Part shown: positions 12,812 through 24,633 of the stretch, piece by piece
Position numbering within the stretch: position 1 is the stretch's first letter
Layout: each line of letters starts with the position of its first letter
Origin: Octopus vulgaris
Taxonomy: Eukaryota
Assembly (NCBI GenBank): GCA_951406725.2
Contig: OX597817.1
Coordinates: 85,002,001 to 85,066,000 of the forward strand
DNA: 64,000 nt
Direction: 5' to 3'
The notes under the pieces: generated by a model
The model's input: the letters and a program-made list of their open reading frames with translations, nothing else
What the model was told of the DNA's origin: nothing
Database searches by the model: none
Position numbers and translations under genes: made by a program

Positions 12812-13215
12812 ATCATCATCACTTTAATGTCCCCTTTTCCATGCTTGCATAGGTCAGAGTTTTGTAGAGGCAACTTTTTGGCAGCTTTTCTGTGGTTAGA
12901 TGCCTTCCTGTCAGCAAATCTCACTTCTTTCTAAGCAAGGTAATATTTCTCCAGCTCAAACATATTTTTCATGGAAGATTGCAAATGAGCAACAAAACTT
13001 GTATAACAATGATGCTTATTTACAACCATGACATGAATCTAAGATGGGTTCACACACATGTCAAGTTATTTTCAGATTCCATCTCCCAAATCCACTCACA
13101 AGTCTTTGGTCAGACTAGAGCTACGGTAGAAGACACTTTACCCAAGGTCCTACACAGTGAGACTGACTCAGAGACTACATGATTGGGGAAAAGCTTCTTA
13201 ACCACATAACTACAC
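12812..13215 (-). mobile_element. Family A SINE with (ATG)n tail
   Basis: ATCATCATCACTTTAATGTCC tail; CAAATCCACTCACAAG and GTAGAAGACACTTTACCCAAGG head/body motifs. Confidence 0.75.
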
Positions 13216-13765
13216 TAGCATCTATGCACTCTCTAAAATGCAGGATTCTTATATTTGGATATAGTGTAAAGTTATGAAATAATTCTAAATTTATAGCTGT
13301 TAAAATAACAACAATACAAGACAGAACCTGGTCTATAGGTTATAGTTTATGAAAGAAGGGAAAACTCAATTCTCTAGCAAACAATTTTGTTTCTAAATTT
13401 TTCTTCATGGTTTTTATTGTCAAACATGAATAAATCTAATATTTGATCTGTCATAAAGTTAAAATGTTTTATGAAGAAACACTCCAATTTTCTCACAGCT
13501 CCTACAACTGCATTAGCATCTTTGCCCTTTTTAATAATGTAGTAAAGTGTTTTCAAAAATATTTATGAATCTTGAAAACATATTCCACAGGTCTGCCATT
13601 TGTAATAATATATTTTCATAGCTAATCCTCTGTTTCATTTATATCATCAATAGCAGATATAAGTACATTTGGCATAGAACGCAAAACAATTAAGGGTCTA
13701 TAGCTCTTTAAGGAATCAAAGACATTCTGGATTAGGATGTAGTTTTCCTAAGACGTTTGATTATG

Positions 13766-13995
13766 CAGGGTGTTCAAAAAGTCTCTCTGCAGTGACACAT
13801 AAGTTCGCAAAACATAAAACATGTGTAAAAGAGTCGACTTATGTATTGAAAATGAAGGATGACACTTTCAAAACCTCTTATAAAGTTTTTAAAGTCTTGT
13901 AAAGTCTAATATATTCTTTTGAAGTCTTATACCATCTTATAAATTTTTATTTTGCAATAAAATACTTACCGTGGAGAGACTTTTTGAACACCCAG
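13766..13995 (+). mobile_element. Tc1/mariner-derived MITE
   Basis: CAGGGTGTTCAAAAAGTCTCTC ... GAGAGACTTTTTGAACACCCAG, TA on the right. Interior encodes a transposase-like C-terminal remnant (RVDLCIENEG*HFQNLL*). Confidence 0.85.
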
Positions 13996-15840
13996 TATTT
14001 ATCTTTATTTCTAAGGTCACATTATTAGATTTGGCAACCCTAAAGAAATTCAAAAGGTATTTATAATCTAATCTTGTTATAATCAAAATAAATAAAAAAT
14101 GATTTTCATTGATAATTTTATTGACAACTCACTGAAAGTATTTATAGGAATTGAACTAATTTGATACAAAAACCCAGCAGCTTGGAAGGCTGTGTATGGT
14201 TTCTCCACAGGTATCATATTAACATAAGTTACTATTTAATTCTATCAAGCTATTTCTATAATTATGCTGTCTTCTATAATTTCAAAATCTGGAAATTGTC
14301 AAATATATATGAAGTAATTCTCTTAAATGTTATATTTGGAAAACTATTAGTGCATTTATTTTATAGTTTTGGTACTTCTTGAAATTGTATGGATTTACTA
14401 TGTAAATATAGGGGAATACTCATTTCAAAAGCTAACACTGTTGAGGAACAGCAATGCCAAACATTGCAATAAGCTGCTTTAAACTGTGGGTCGTATATTT
14501 GACGGGGAAGCAAATCATGCTTCTCAATTTGGAACTTACTCTGCACATTAAATTTAAGCTCTATTCATTTTAATATTGCACTTTTGTGAATTCTCAGATC
14601 CGCTGGACATCTTCCAAAGCATTCAAATAATGATGGATAATTAAGCACCAATTTGCAAACTTCTTGACTCTGAAACGAAACTTCCCTTCATTATATCATA
14701 CAATTATAGCTTGCAGTTCCAGTGACATTCACAATGATAGTCAATAATAAAGCTCAATATCTGTCTTCAAGCAAGACAGATCTGTTCTTCCCAGTCTTTA
14801 CATATGAACAATTTTATATAGTTCCACCAAGAACTATGCAGAGCACTGTAGATATGGTGACAATGTTGAAAAAAATGTCTGTATATTGTGAACACTTCAG
14901 CTTTCCAGAGTTAGAACATTAATTTTTAACTAGATATTTAAAATATCATCTAGATATTTAATTCAGATGAATTAATATCTCCCTACAAATGTTTTAGTAT
15001 ACTTGCTACACTTCCTCTTGTACATTATAGCTTTAATTTGTGGTAGAGTAGCTTAGTGCAAGTTGTGTATAACCATGACAAACCTATTTAATTAACTTTT
15101 AACCCATGATATTGTTCTCAATAATTTTGAAGAACATTTTTAAAATCTTTTTTTTTTAATTGCAATCAATCATCATCAGTAGCAGCAGTAACAATAACAA
15201 TGCCAAGCAAGGAGAGAGAGAGAGGGAAAGAGAGAAAGAGAAAATATACACTTGTAAACAATACAACTGTTTCATTAGAAGTAATTTGTGTTACTGGCTT
15301 TTAAATATTGTCAAAGAAGGTCAAAAGCATATCAAAGAAGTATTGGGAAAAACAGCTCTTCTCTCTATACATAAAAGCAAATCTAAAGAAGAAATGGTGC
15401 TGTAATCAATGAAATATAATTAACTGCTAAATGGGTAAGTAATGTTGATTTATATGAAAGGCTAAATGCAAGTGAATTGACAAAGTGGTTGCACATCAAA
15501 AGAGGTCATCTAATGTATGTAAGAGAAATAACTGCATGAGTTTGGAGATGAAATGCAGAACAATGTTACATGCAGGAGAAAAAGTACTGTAAGTGGATAT
15601 GAAAGATAGCTGTGATAGGGAAGACTAAGAAGGACTAAGTGATTAAGTGGCACCTTAAAATATTCAGATTTCATTGTGGAGAATGTTAAATTGGCAAAGC
15701 TTTTCCATCCAACCAGCATGGAAAATAGACTTTGAACCTTGCAGAAAATGGAAAAGAACACTTCTCTATGTCTAACAAAAGCTATCTAAAAACTTAAATA
15801 CCTTATAAAAGTGTGTGTGTGTGTGTGTGTCTGTATATAT

Positions 15841-16257
15841 ATCATCATCACCACCATTGTTGTTTTAATGCCTACTTCATGCTTGTACAAGTCAGATGAA
15901 ATTTACTAATGCAGACACTCCACACACACACGCCCTTCCTGTCACCAACTTATACCTGTTTCTAAGCAAGGTACTACTTCTCCATGGTCAAACATGTTTT
16001 TGCAATTCATTGGAAATTAATAACATTTACAACAAACATGCGATATCAAGACAAGGAGACAAACGCACACACATATACATTTAAATACATACATACATAC
16101 ATACATGGTGGGCTTCTTTCAGTTTCCTTCCACTTAGAAAGCTTTGGTCCACCCAGGGTTATTGTAGAAGAAACTTGCCCAAGGTACCGCACAGTTGGAC
16201 TGAACTAAAACTACATGGTTGGAAAGCAAACTTCTTAACCACACAGCTAAGCCAGCA
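15841..16257 (-). mobile_element. Family A SINE with (ATG)n tail and internal (TACA)n
   Basis: Same head (GTAGAAGAAACTTGCCCAAGG, CATGGTTGGAAAGCAAACTTCTTAACCACACAGC) and tail as 12812-13215. Confidence 0.75.
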
Positions 16258-16263
16258 TACACA

Positions 16264-16454
16264 CAGAGGGTGACTTTAAAATACATTAACGAATAACATT
16301 TTCAACATAGTTCCCACCATTAGTGATGCAAAGTGCATGATGCACTTTGCAAGATTCACATGAACCCAATGTAGTAAGTCGACATTTCCACCAATTTGAG
16401 TGCATTCTTTTATGATGCATTCTTTCAGATGATGCAGACTCTATGGTCACCCTG
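16264..16454 (-). mobile_element. Tc1/mariner-derived MITE remnant
   Basis: GGGTGAC...GTCACCCTG then TA at the ends; minus strand ALCITNGGNYVENVI resembles a Tc1/mariner transposase C-terminus. Confidence 0.55.
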
Positions 16455-17944
16455 TAAATATATTGTGGGATGTGTGTGTTTGTGTGTGAATTTGGTAAAA
16501 AAAGCAACTGTAAATGTCAAGTGAAACTGGCACAAGGAGTAAAATATTCAAGATTTCAAACAGCCCTCTTCAGAGTTAAGAAAAAGGAGAGTGGAGGTGG
16601 GGAGAGATAAGACAATAATGTTTTATATCCTTTATGTTTGAAAGATTTTTCCTTCTTCCTTTTTCATCTAAAACCTGGAGATGAGACTGTTCAAAATGCT
16701 AGATACTTCACTCTCCATTTCAATTTCATCTTCCTGTCACTTTTACCAAATAAATCAAGTCTATCCAACAGACCACCACCAATCTCCTTGGATTTTGCTT
16801 ATCTCTCTCAGACACAGACATGCACACGTGTATACATATAGTAAATTCTGATATTTACATATGATTTATTAGAGTAATGGTTTTAATTGCTAACACCACA
16901 ACCATCAAGCGAGTGTGGTACATTTGCCAACCAGATGGATTTAAATTTGATTAGTAATATCTCTTGGAAAAAGGCATAATACTGGTTGATTGAAAATTTA
17001 AACCCCAAAGCTTTAATCCAATGAGATACCTTTATTTCCTTACATCTATAATATTTTACGTAAGATTGTTGGCAGTGTTCCTTATGTTCTTCTGTGTCAT
17101 TAATACCTTCTTTCTCCAGGTATTATAGGAATGTTATCCTAACTACTAAAACTCCAGTTCATTTAAAGGGATTGTGAAACCTTTATTACCATGAAACATC
17201 TATATTAAGTATTAACACTGGTTTATTCAAAGCATGCACATAAAAAAAAATGAATGTTACTATGCACAACATTAATAAGTTCACAACTCTTTTAACCAAT
17301 TATTTGCATGATTTCTGCATAATCTATCAGATTAAATCCAACAACATTGATATTTGATGATATAAGATAATGCCTATGTTAAAGAGGAAAAAGTACACCA
17401 AATATAAGTGTTTCCATTATTAAATGTGTCCAGGTTTCATTCAAACATAGATTAATTGTAAGAATAGCTCCAATAAATCTAAGAAAAATGATGGCACACA
17501 AACCTATATAAACTTTAAAGCATCCAATCCTATTCTCAAACCCAATGAATTATAAGTTATTACTGCTAGTAATAACAATTAGTTCTTACAGTATCTCAAT
17601 TCAGTTATCCCTTGACTGACACTAATGATATTGCCTCTGAAGGAATAAATGGAATGAGTGAGAATCAATCCAGTTTATATTTGATTTCAGGATGCAAAGA
17701 GAAGTAACTAAAGGCATTTTTGTTTAGTATTTTACTGAGTTAGCAGTTTACTGCCTTTCTCTTTGTTCTACAAAAGATAATGACGGCGGCTGTCTTTGAA
17801 ATAAGCAAGAAGCTTTAGAATAACAGGTAAGAGAGATGAGTGGGTAGTTCTAATACCCCTACTTTTTTTTTTTTTCAAAGGAATCAATAATGATTCGAAT
17901 TTAGAATCAATATTTGTGAAACTGACTCATCAAGATAACACTAT

Positions 17945-18015
<71 letters not shown>

Positions 18016-18455
18016 ATAAACACACAACTCACATTCATTTTTATATATAGAACTGCTATATAAACCAATGTCAATGTCCTGAAGAAAAATCAATAAACAC
18101 AAACCACAAACAGAGTATTCACCTGCTAAACTGAATAAGCATAAGCGAAGACTACCTTAACTTGAATACTCTTCATATATTAATGACATAACATCGCTCT
18201 TTAAGAAAAGATAGTTTTATTAGAAATTTCACAATTAATTGCATTAAAATTATCAACTATCATCATTTAATGTCTGTTTTCCAAGATGGCATGGGTAATC
18301 ATCTGGTTGATATGAAAATTCTAATTTGAAAGCAAAACAGCTGCTAAAGTATGTTACTATCCCATACAGAAGCAACTACACATGAAATTCATAGCAAGTC
18401 ATGACCAGATGAAAGTATAAGAACATCAAGAACAGTAAATAGAAGAACATTGGTA

Positions 18456-19019
18456 GGATATACAGAAAGACTTCCGCCTGCCCCCGCCCTCCTATTTTCT
18501 CCCAAATTTGTTTATTTTTGTAATTTTTTTTTGCCCAAAATCCCTGTTTTTGGATACGGAGGTTCCAGAAATTGCCAAAAATCAGCACTGTGAAATTTCT
18601 CCCAACCTTTCCCTCCCCAACTTCTTCAATTTTGACTTTTTCCCCCAACACTAACCCTAAAACCGTAAGTACAGTTTTGAAATTTTTGCCTGAATCATGA
18701 TGTCCATATTTTTCTGCATATTTAGGAAAAAAAAAAATTTTTTAATTTTACAAAGATTTTTGGACATTTTTTCAGAATCATAATCTCCATATTTTTCCAC
18801 ATATTTTCTTAAAAAAATTGTCAAAAAAGTTAAAAGTTACGGAAATGTTGGGGGGGGGGGGGGTAGTGGTAATTTAGAAATGTTGATTTTTGCCAATTTT
18901 TTTTACAGATTCGTATTTCCTGTAGCCGAAAAGGGGGGTTCGTGTCAAAAAAAAAAAAAAAAAATTTTTTAAGGGTGGTTTTTTTGTGGGGGATGGGTGG
19001 AAGTCTTGCTGGATATACC
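18456..19019. mobile_element. Non-autonomous TIR DNA transposon, superfamily unassigned
   Basis: GGATATACAGAAAGACTTCCGCC versus reverse complement of the right end GGTATATCCAGCAAGACTTCCACC; homopolymer-rich interior with a CTAACCCTAA motif; no TSD recognised. Confidence 0.6.
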
Positions 19020-19540
19020 AGTTAAAAACTGCTTTCAACAGTGAAACAATATATAAAATATATATATATATATATATATATATTTGTACTTATCAAAGTT
19101 CAATGAGATATTTTGATCAAGTGAAAAGATTTGTATATATTCATATTTGTATGTGTCTGTGTACAATATGATTATATATCTGTATCAATTCCTTACAGTT
19201 TCTTTTCTTCTACCTTTCACTGTTACCATCTTGACTAACTTCCACTTTTTCTCTCTGTCATCTCCAACATCACAAATAACAACACACAATTAAAGTTCTC
19301 AGTTTCCACAAGGAAAACCCTTGAAATTTCCACGAGTGTCAATAGTATTGTATTTGTCTAATTTAAATTTGATTTTAAGTAACAATTTTGAGTAAAAAGG
19401 ACTGTGTATTCATTTTTCTTTTTTTTTTTTCAAATAAATAAAACAAGTTAACTGAGCACTGAAAATATTGCAAGTTTAGTATTCAAATTCAATACTAATA
19501 AAAATGTATTTTGGCTCCCAAAATTCATTGCACTTTAGCA

Positions 19541-19987
19541 GTATAGTTACGAAATTTGCTTCGCAAATACGGTTTTTTGCAGGGTGGAGATAGACACACT
19601 GTGTGGGCACCTTTGACAAGTATCTTCTACTATAGCCCTTGGCTGACCAAAGTCATTTGAGTGGATTTGGTAGTTGGAAACAAAGAAACCTGTTATATAT
19701 GCAAGTGTGCGTGTGTGTGTGTGTGTGCATGCATGCGAGCGCCTGTGTGTGTGTCTCTTTGTGACACCACATGAAAGTAAAATGTCTGCCACTGACATAC
19801 AGGGAGTGTTTATCATTCTAATATTCTGGGAAAAACAAGTCTGGCTATGGGGAAATATTACCTTGCATGAAAGCAGATGGAAGTTGGTGGCCAGAAGGGC
19901 ATTCAGCCATAGAAAATCTGCCTCAATAAACTCCATCCAACCCATGCAGGTATGGAAAAGTGAATGTCAGTAGGATGGTGATGATGG
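19541..19987 (+). mobile_element. Near full-length family A SINE with internal (TG)n and (ATG)n tail
   Basis: GACAAGTATCTTCTACTATAGCC..GGCTGACCAAAG..GAGTGGATTTGGTAG head/body, then AGAAGGGCATTCAGCCATAGAAAA..CCATCCAACCCATGC..GATGGTGATGATG. Confidence 0.8.
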
Positions 19988-20638
19988 TTCTTTACTCCCA
20001 TGAAAAACATCTTATTAGTAAGCAGTTACTCTAACTTTTTTGGTGGGAGATCTTAAGATAAAATTTACAAAGAAAATTTCAGAGAAAGTAAATATTATAA
20101 GATAAAGGATGTAATTCAAAGCTTTCATACTTCAAAAGCCATATAATATTGTTCATAAGATATGTTTTTAGTACATATTTTTAGTACTTGCAGTTTACAC
20201 AAGAGAATTTAAACCTTGACTGCAAACAAATTACATTTGGTACCTCAGCCCCAAAATTGAAGATAACTATAAAAGCACTGCTGACATAAGATATATTCAT
20301 AACAGAAACTAGAACTCAATAATTAACATTCGAGAAAAATTTTCCTGCAGCAGGAGTGCTACAAAAATAATTATAACAGTTTCTAATTTAGGCACAAGGC
20401 CAGCAATTTTGAGGGAAGGGGCAGGGTTTGCTTATGATAATGACCCAGGTGTGCTAACTGATACTTTACTTTATCAACCCCAGAGGGATGAAAGGCAATG
20501 TTGCTCTCAGCAAAATTAGAAATAGGAGCACAAAATGCTAGAATAAATGCAAGGCAAGTCTAACACTAGAATAAATATATAAAGAAGAGCAGCAAAAACA
20601 AGTAAAGGATTTATCAGCGTTGCACACACTACTGTATA

Positions 20639-21501
20639 CAGGATGCAGTGAATAAATTGCTGTGTCCAAATTACACAAAAATGAAAATAACACTGATATC
20701 TCATTTTAACAGATATATTTACCAAAATTACATAAAAATATCTTGAAATTATAAAGAGTAAATTTTATTCAATAAAATCGCCATTAGCTTCAACCACGGC
20801 CTCCATATGACTCTGGAATCTCCTGCAGAACTCTTCTGGACAGTCTCCTTGTTTAAGTTAGTGAATGCTGCCATAATCCTTGCCTTCAGTTCATCTTTGG
20901 TATCACAAGGAGTTTTGTTGGTCTCTTGTTTAATTGTGCTCCACACATAATAATCAAGGGGGTTGCAGTCCGGGGAGTTAGGTGGCCATGTGTTAGGATG
21001 TGTTGTGGCTGCAGAAATTATCTGACAACCATGACTGGGTTCTCCTGCTTGTGTGGCATGGTGCAGAGTCCTGTTGCCAGACATAGGGTCTTCCAGTAGT
21101 CACCCTCTTGATCCACAGCAGCATTACCTACTTCAGGCACTTGATGTAGGCCTTCATGTTGAGTCTGAGGCTGTGTGGGAAGATGAATGGAGGCATAACA
21201 TCACCATCACTAGTGATCACTCCAAATTCCATGATGTTGACTGGATATTTGATTTTTATCACTCTCAGTACATGTCCTCAGTTTGACACCAAAAAACTCT
21301 GAAATGTTTGTATTGGAGTTTCCAGTGCAAATGCCAAGCAGTACAGCATGTCATTTCCAAATTTCTGGCAGAGTGAATTGTGTCATGGTGCTGCTTTTCT
21401 CAGATGGTGCCCAACTGACCCCACTATACTGTGTAATCAACAAAATCAAAAACAATGTACATGTGCAAAATTAAAAATATAAGACAATTTACCCATCAAA
21501 C

Positions 21502-21505
<4 letters not shown>
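20639..21505 (-). mobile_element. Decayed Tc1/mariner-superfamily transposon (maT/Tc3-like)
   Basis: ORF 20749-21084 contains WPPNSPDCNPLDYYVWS..KDELKARI; a shifted frame ends AVVEANGDFIE*. Ends are approximate because the TIRs match only weakly. Confidence 0.8.
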
Positions 21506-21549
<44 letters not shown>

Positions 21550-22619
21550 TGTATGCACACAAGCAAACTCATATACAGTCACAGACAACAGACTCCTTCC
21601 AATCTCTGCCTACCAAATCTGCTCACAAAATTTTGGCCATCCTCAACTGCTATGCAGTGAGACAGAACCTGTGGTTGGAAAGTGAACTTCTTAACCACAC
21701 ATATATACATACATTGCATGTATGTATGTGAACCAATAGAATCATTAGAACATCAGCTAAAATACCTAATGGTATTTGTTCTGGTCCCCTGTATTTTGAT
21801 TTAAAGTATTGACAAGTTCAACTTTGGTTTTCATCTCTTTGGGATTAATAAATGTACCAGCCAACACCTCTCTCTCTCCTTGGGAGAAACCAGCTGAGAT
21901 TAAATCTGCAGGAGTAGCAAGTTTAGATGCTCAAGACATGCTGTATGTTATGACCAATGTTTTTTTAAAGTTAGGGCATGGTTGTTGCTGCACTAGTGCC
22001 CAAGAGGCCCATGGTCCCATTAATATACCAATGAAGATGGTGTATGTAATGTTGTATATAGATATATAAAACACTGAAACAATTTTTTTTTCTCAATTTG
22101 AGTAACATTTCTCTTATTTCTCTCTATTTTGAAAATGCATATTTCAATGGAACAGAGTATTATTTATTCCATTCATAAAACAATAAGTGATGTACAAGTA
22201 ATAACAGATAAAAAACCAAAATTTTGGAGGGATGTGAACATCCATTTATATTGACCCAAATATTTTCTTGGTGCTTCTTTATCATTTTCTTGAAGGATAA
22301 AAAACAAAGTTAACCTCAGTGGAATTTGAACCTGGAATGCAAGAGCCATAATTAATATAGCAAGGAATTGTTGTTTAATGCTCTATTGGGTTTGCCAACC
22401 CGCCCCACATTTATTGATTATAAGGTCCAAGATATGGGGGAAATACAAGGACAATATACAAACACACAAAATGGGGTTTACATAGAAAGTCAACAAAAAC
22501 AAAATGCAACAAAAAAAAACCCTTCAACAATAAAAACTCTGTTAGTGGAAGAAGAGTGCCTTGTGGTAATTCAATGGAAACTATGCAAAGGCTAGAGTAC
22601 TCTGCCAAATCTAAGGCAT

Positions 22620-23640
22620 CAAAAGTGCCCTAATAATGAAAATCTTGATAAGATAAATGTCATAACATAGAAATAGATGGTGAAAGTAAAAAGTAAAGAC
22701 AAGCTTCAAAGTACATAAAGCACAGATGGTTAAAGGCTGCTAAAGAATGTTTATCAAGAATAGACAAAAAATTAAAGCAAAGTCAGGTAAAACAGATTGT
22801 AATAAAGAACAAATCAGATTCAAAACAGGCTCTTCAGAAGCAGTGATAGGAAATTTTCCCAATGACTGAGCAATGAGAAGGAACTTCAGGAGAATGAAAT
22901 AGTGATGTCACAAAGAACTTTTGGTCAAATATTTGGAACATGAAAGCTGAACATAACAGTGGGATATATTGGTTACAGGAATTTAAAAGTGAAATGGAAA
23001 ATAGGTCAAGTCAAGAAAATATAAATATTAAATATGTTTAAAAAGATACTTTAAATCTCATGGGTGTGACAGTGTTCTGGGATCTGGGTTTTATATGTTT
23101 GAAGTGCAGAGAAGAAAAAAAGAACTTAGCAGCTGATTGAATAGACTACAAGAAAGAAAATAATGTACTACACTATAAACTTTTGGAGTGCCTGAGGACT
23201 ATTCAGGTCAATAAAAAGTATAGCAGTTTCTTTTTTTTGAGAAAAAGCAATGAGATGATGGAAAGAACTCAAGTGCAGATATGAATCATAAGGAAATATC
23301 AAAAACTGATATTTCAGAGAAACTCACTCTTTCAATTGCTTTTCAGGATTGCATTGATTCCTTTGACAAACATAAATTAGCTATCTATGGATGACCTTAA
23401 ATTGTATGCTAAAAATTTAAAATGTCTTGATTCTCTACTTCAAATAGTAAGAATGTTTATCAAGAATAGTGGTATGCAGTTTGGGGAGGAAGAAGTTTAC
23501 AGTATTAATTATAGAGAGTTTAAAAGATTAAAACATCATAGCAATGAAAGAGTATGAAGGATTTAGGTACCCAGGAGTAAGTAAGGTGAGAAAGTGTTTA
23601 AAGAGCTCAAGAGAAGGGTTTAACATGTAATAATAATAAC
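22620..23640 (+). pseudogene. Ancient R4/Dong-like non-LTR retrotransposon RT relic
   Basis: IFQRNSLFQLLFRIALIPLT (about 23310-23370) and MDDLKLYAKN..LDSLLQIVRMFIKNSGMQFG (about 23387-23485) resemble the R4-clade IFQGDSLSPLLF and YMDDLKL motifs; many stops. Confidence 0.7.
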
Positions 23641-24530
23641 AATAACAGACTGAAGAATAAAATTCATAGCCAACAGGTTTCTATTCTAAGAACCCCCCCC
23701 CCCCAATAAATGATAACATAATTGTAAAGGAATGCTATAAAAATACATTTGTTCATTTAATGTCCATTTTCCCATGCTAACATGAGTTAGTTATTTGAGG
23801 TAAGATTTTAACATCCAGATGTCCCCAACTCTAACTCAGTTTTTCAAATAGGGGATTCTATTCTTTTATTTCAAAAGTTTTCAAAGGTCAAAGAATATAA
23901 TGTTATGGATGGGGGTGGGGGTTAATGGCATTGGACTGAAAGGCCCTAAAACATGTGGAGACCTTTGATGGCTGATTATGGCAGTCAAGCATGAAGGCAT
24001 GGTAGAGAATTTGGTGGGTGTATGTTTCCTGTCTTTAGACTTGATGGCTGCTTAATTAACCTCCGGCCTGCTGTATTAATAGAATATACACCAATTCATA
24101 CCTAAACCTATATAAACATGTACAAATATACTCACATACACATGCATTTATACACACTTGTGCCATTCAGCATAATTACATAGATGCATCTATTTATACA
24201 CATACATTGATACACACACGTATGTGCATGTGCACATGTATGTATACACACATGCAAACATACATATATATATGGGCACACATCACACCACCTGTTGATT
24301 CACACCTCTGCCTATATAGACACAAGTACACACACCTATATGCACTCATGCTAATCAGTGTATGTACATAGATGCATCCATCTATTTTTACACATACACT
24401 AATACATACACACACATGCATGTGCACATTACTTCAATGTGTGTGAACTACTAGCAACACACCATAGTACCACCTTGCATCTAGCTTGTAGCAAAATGTA
24501 AATCTTACAACTTTTGAAGCCTAATTACAT

Positions 24531-24633
24531 CACCTGATGAGGCTCCTTTGCACTGCATGGTGCATCTGATGTCATTACATCATTTCCCATCCACTATGGG
24601 GCAGTGAAGAAGGCAACCAAAATGATCGTTGTG
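24531..24633 (+). ncRNA. Degenerate type I hammerhead-like motif with extended stem II (Penelope-type terminus)
   Basis: CAC-CTGATGA-GGCTCCTT..long hairpin..AAGGCAACC-AAAA-TGATCG-TT-GTG, followed by AATAAA. The core GAAA is mutated to AAAA. Confidence 0.45.
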
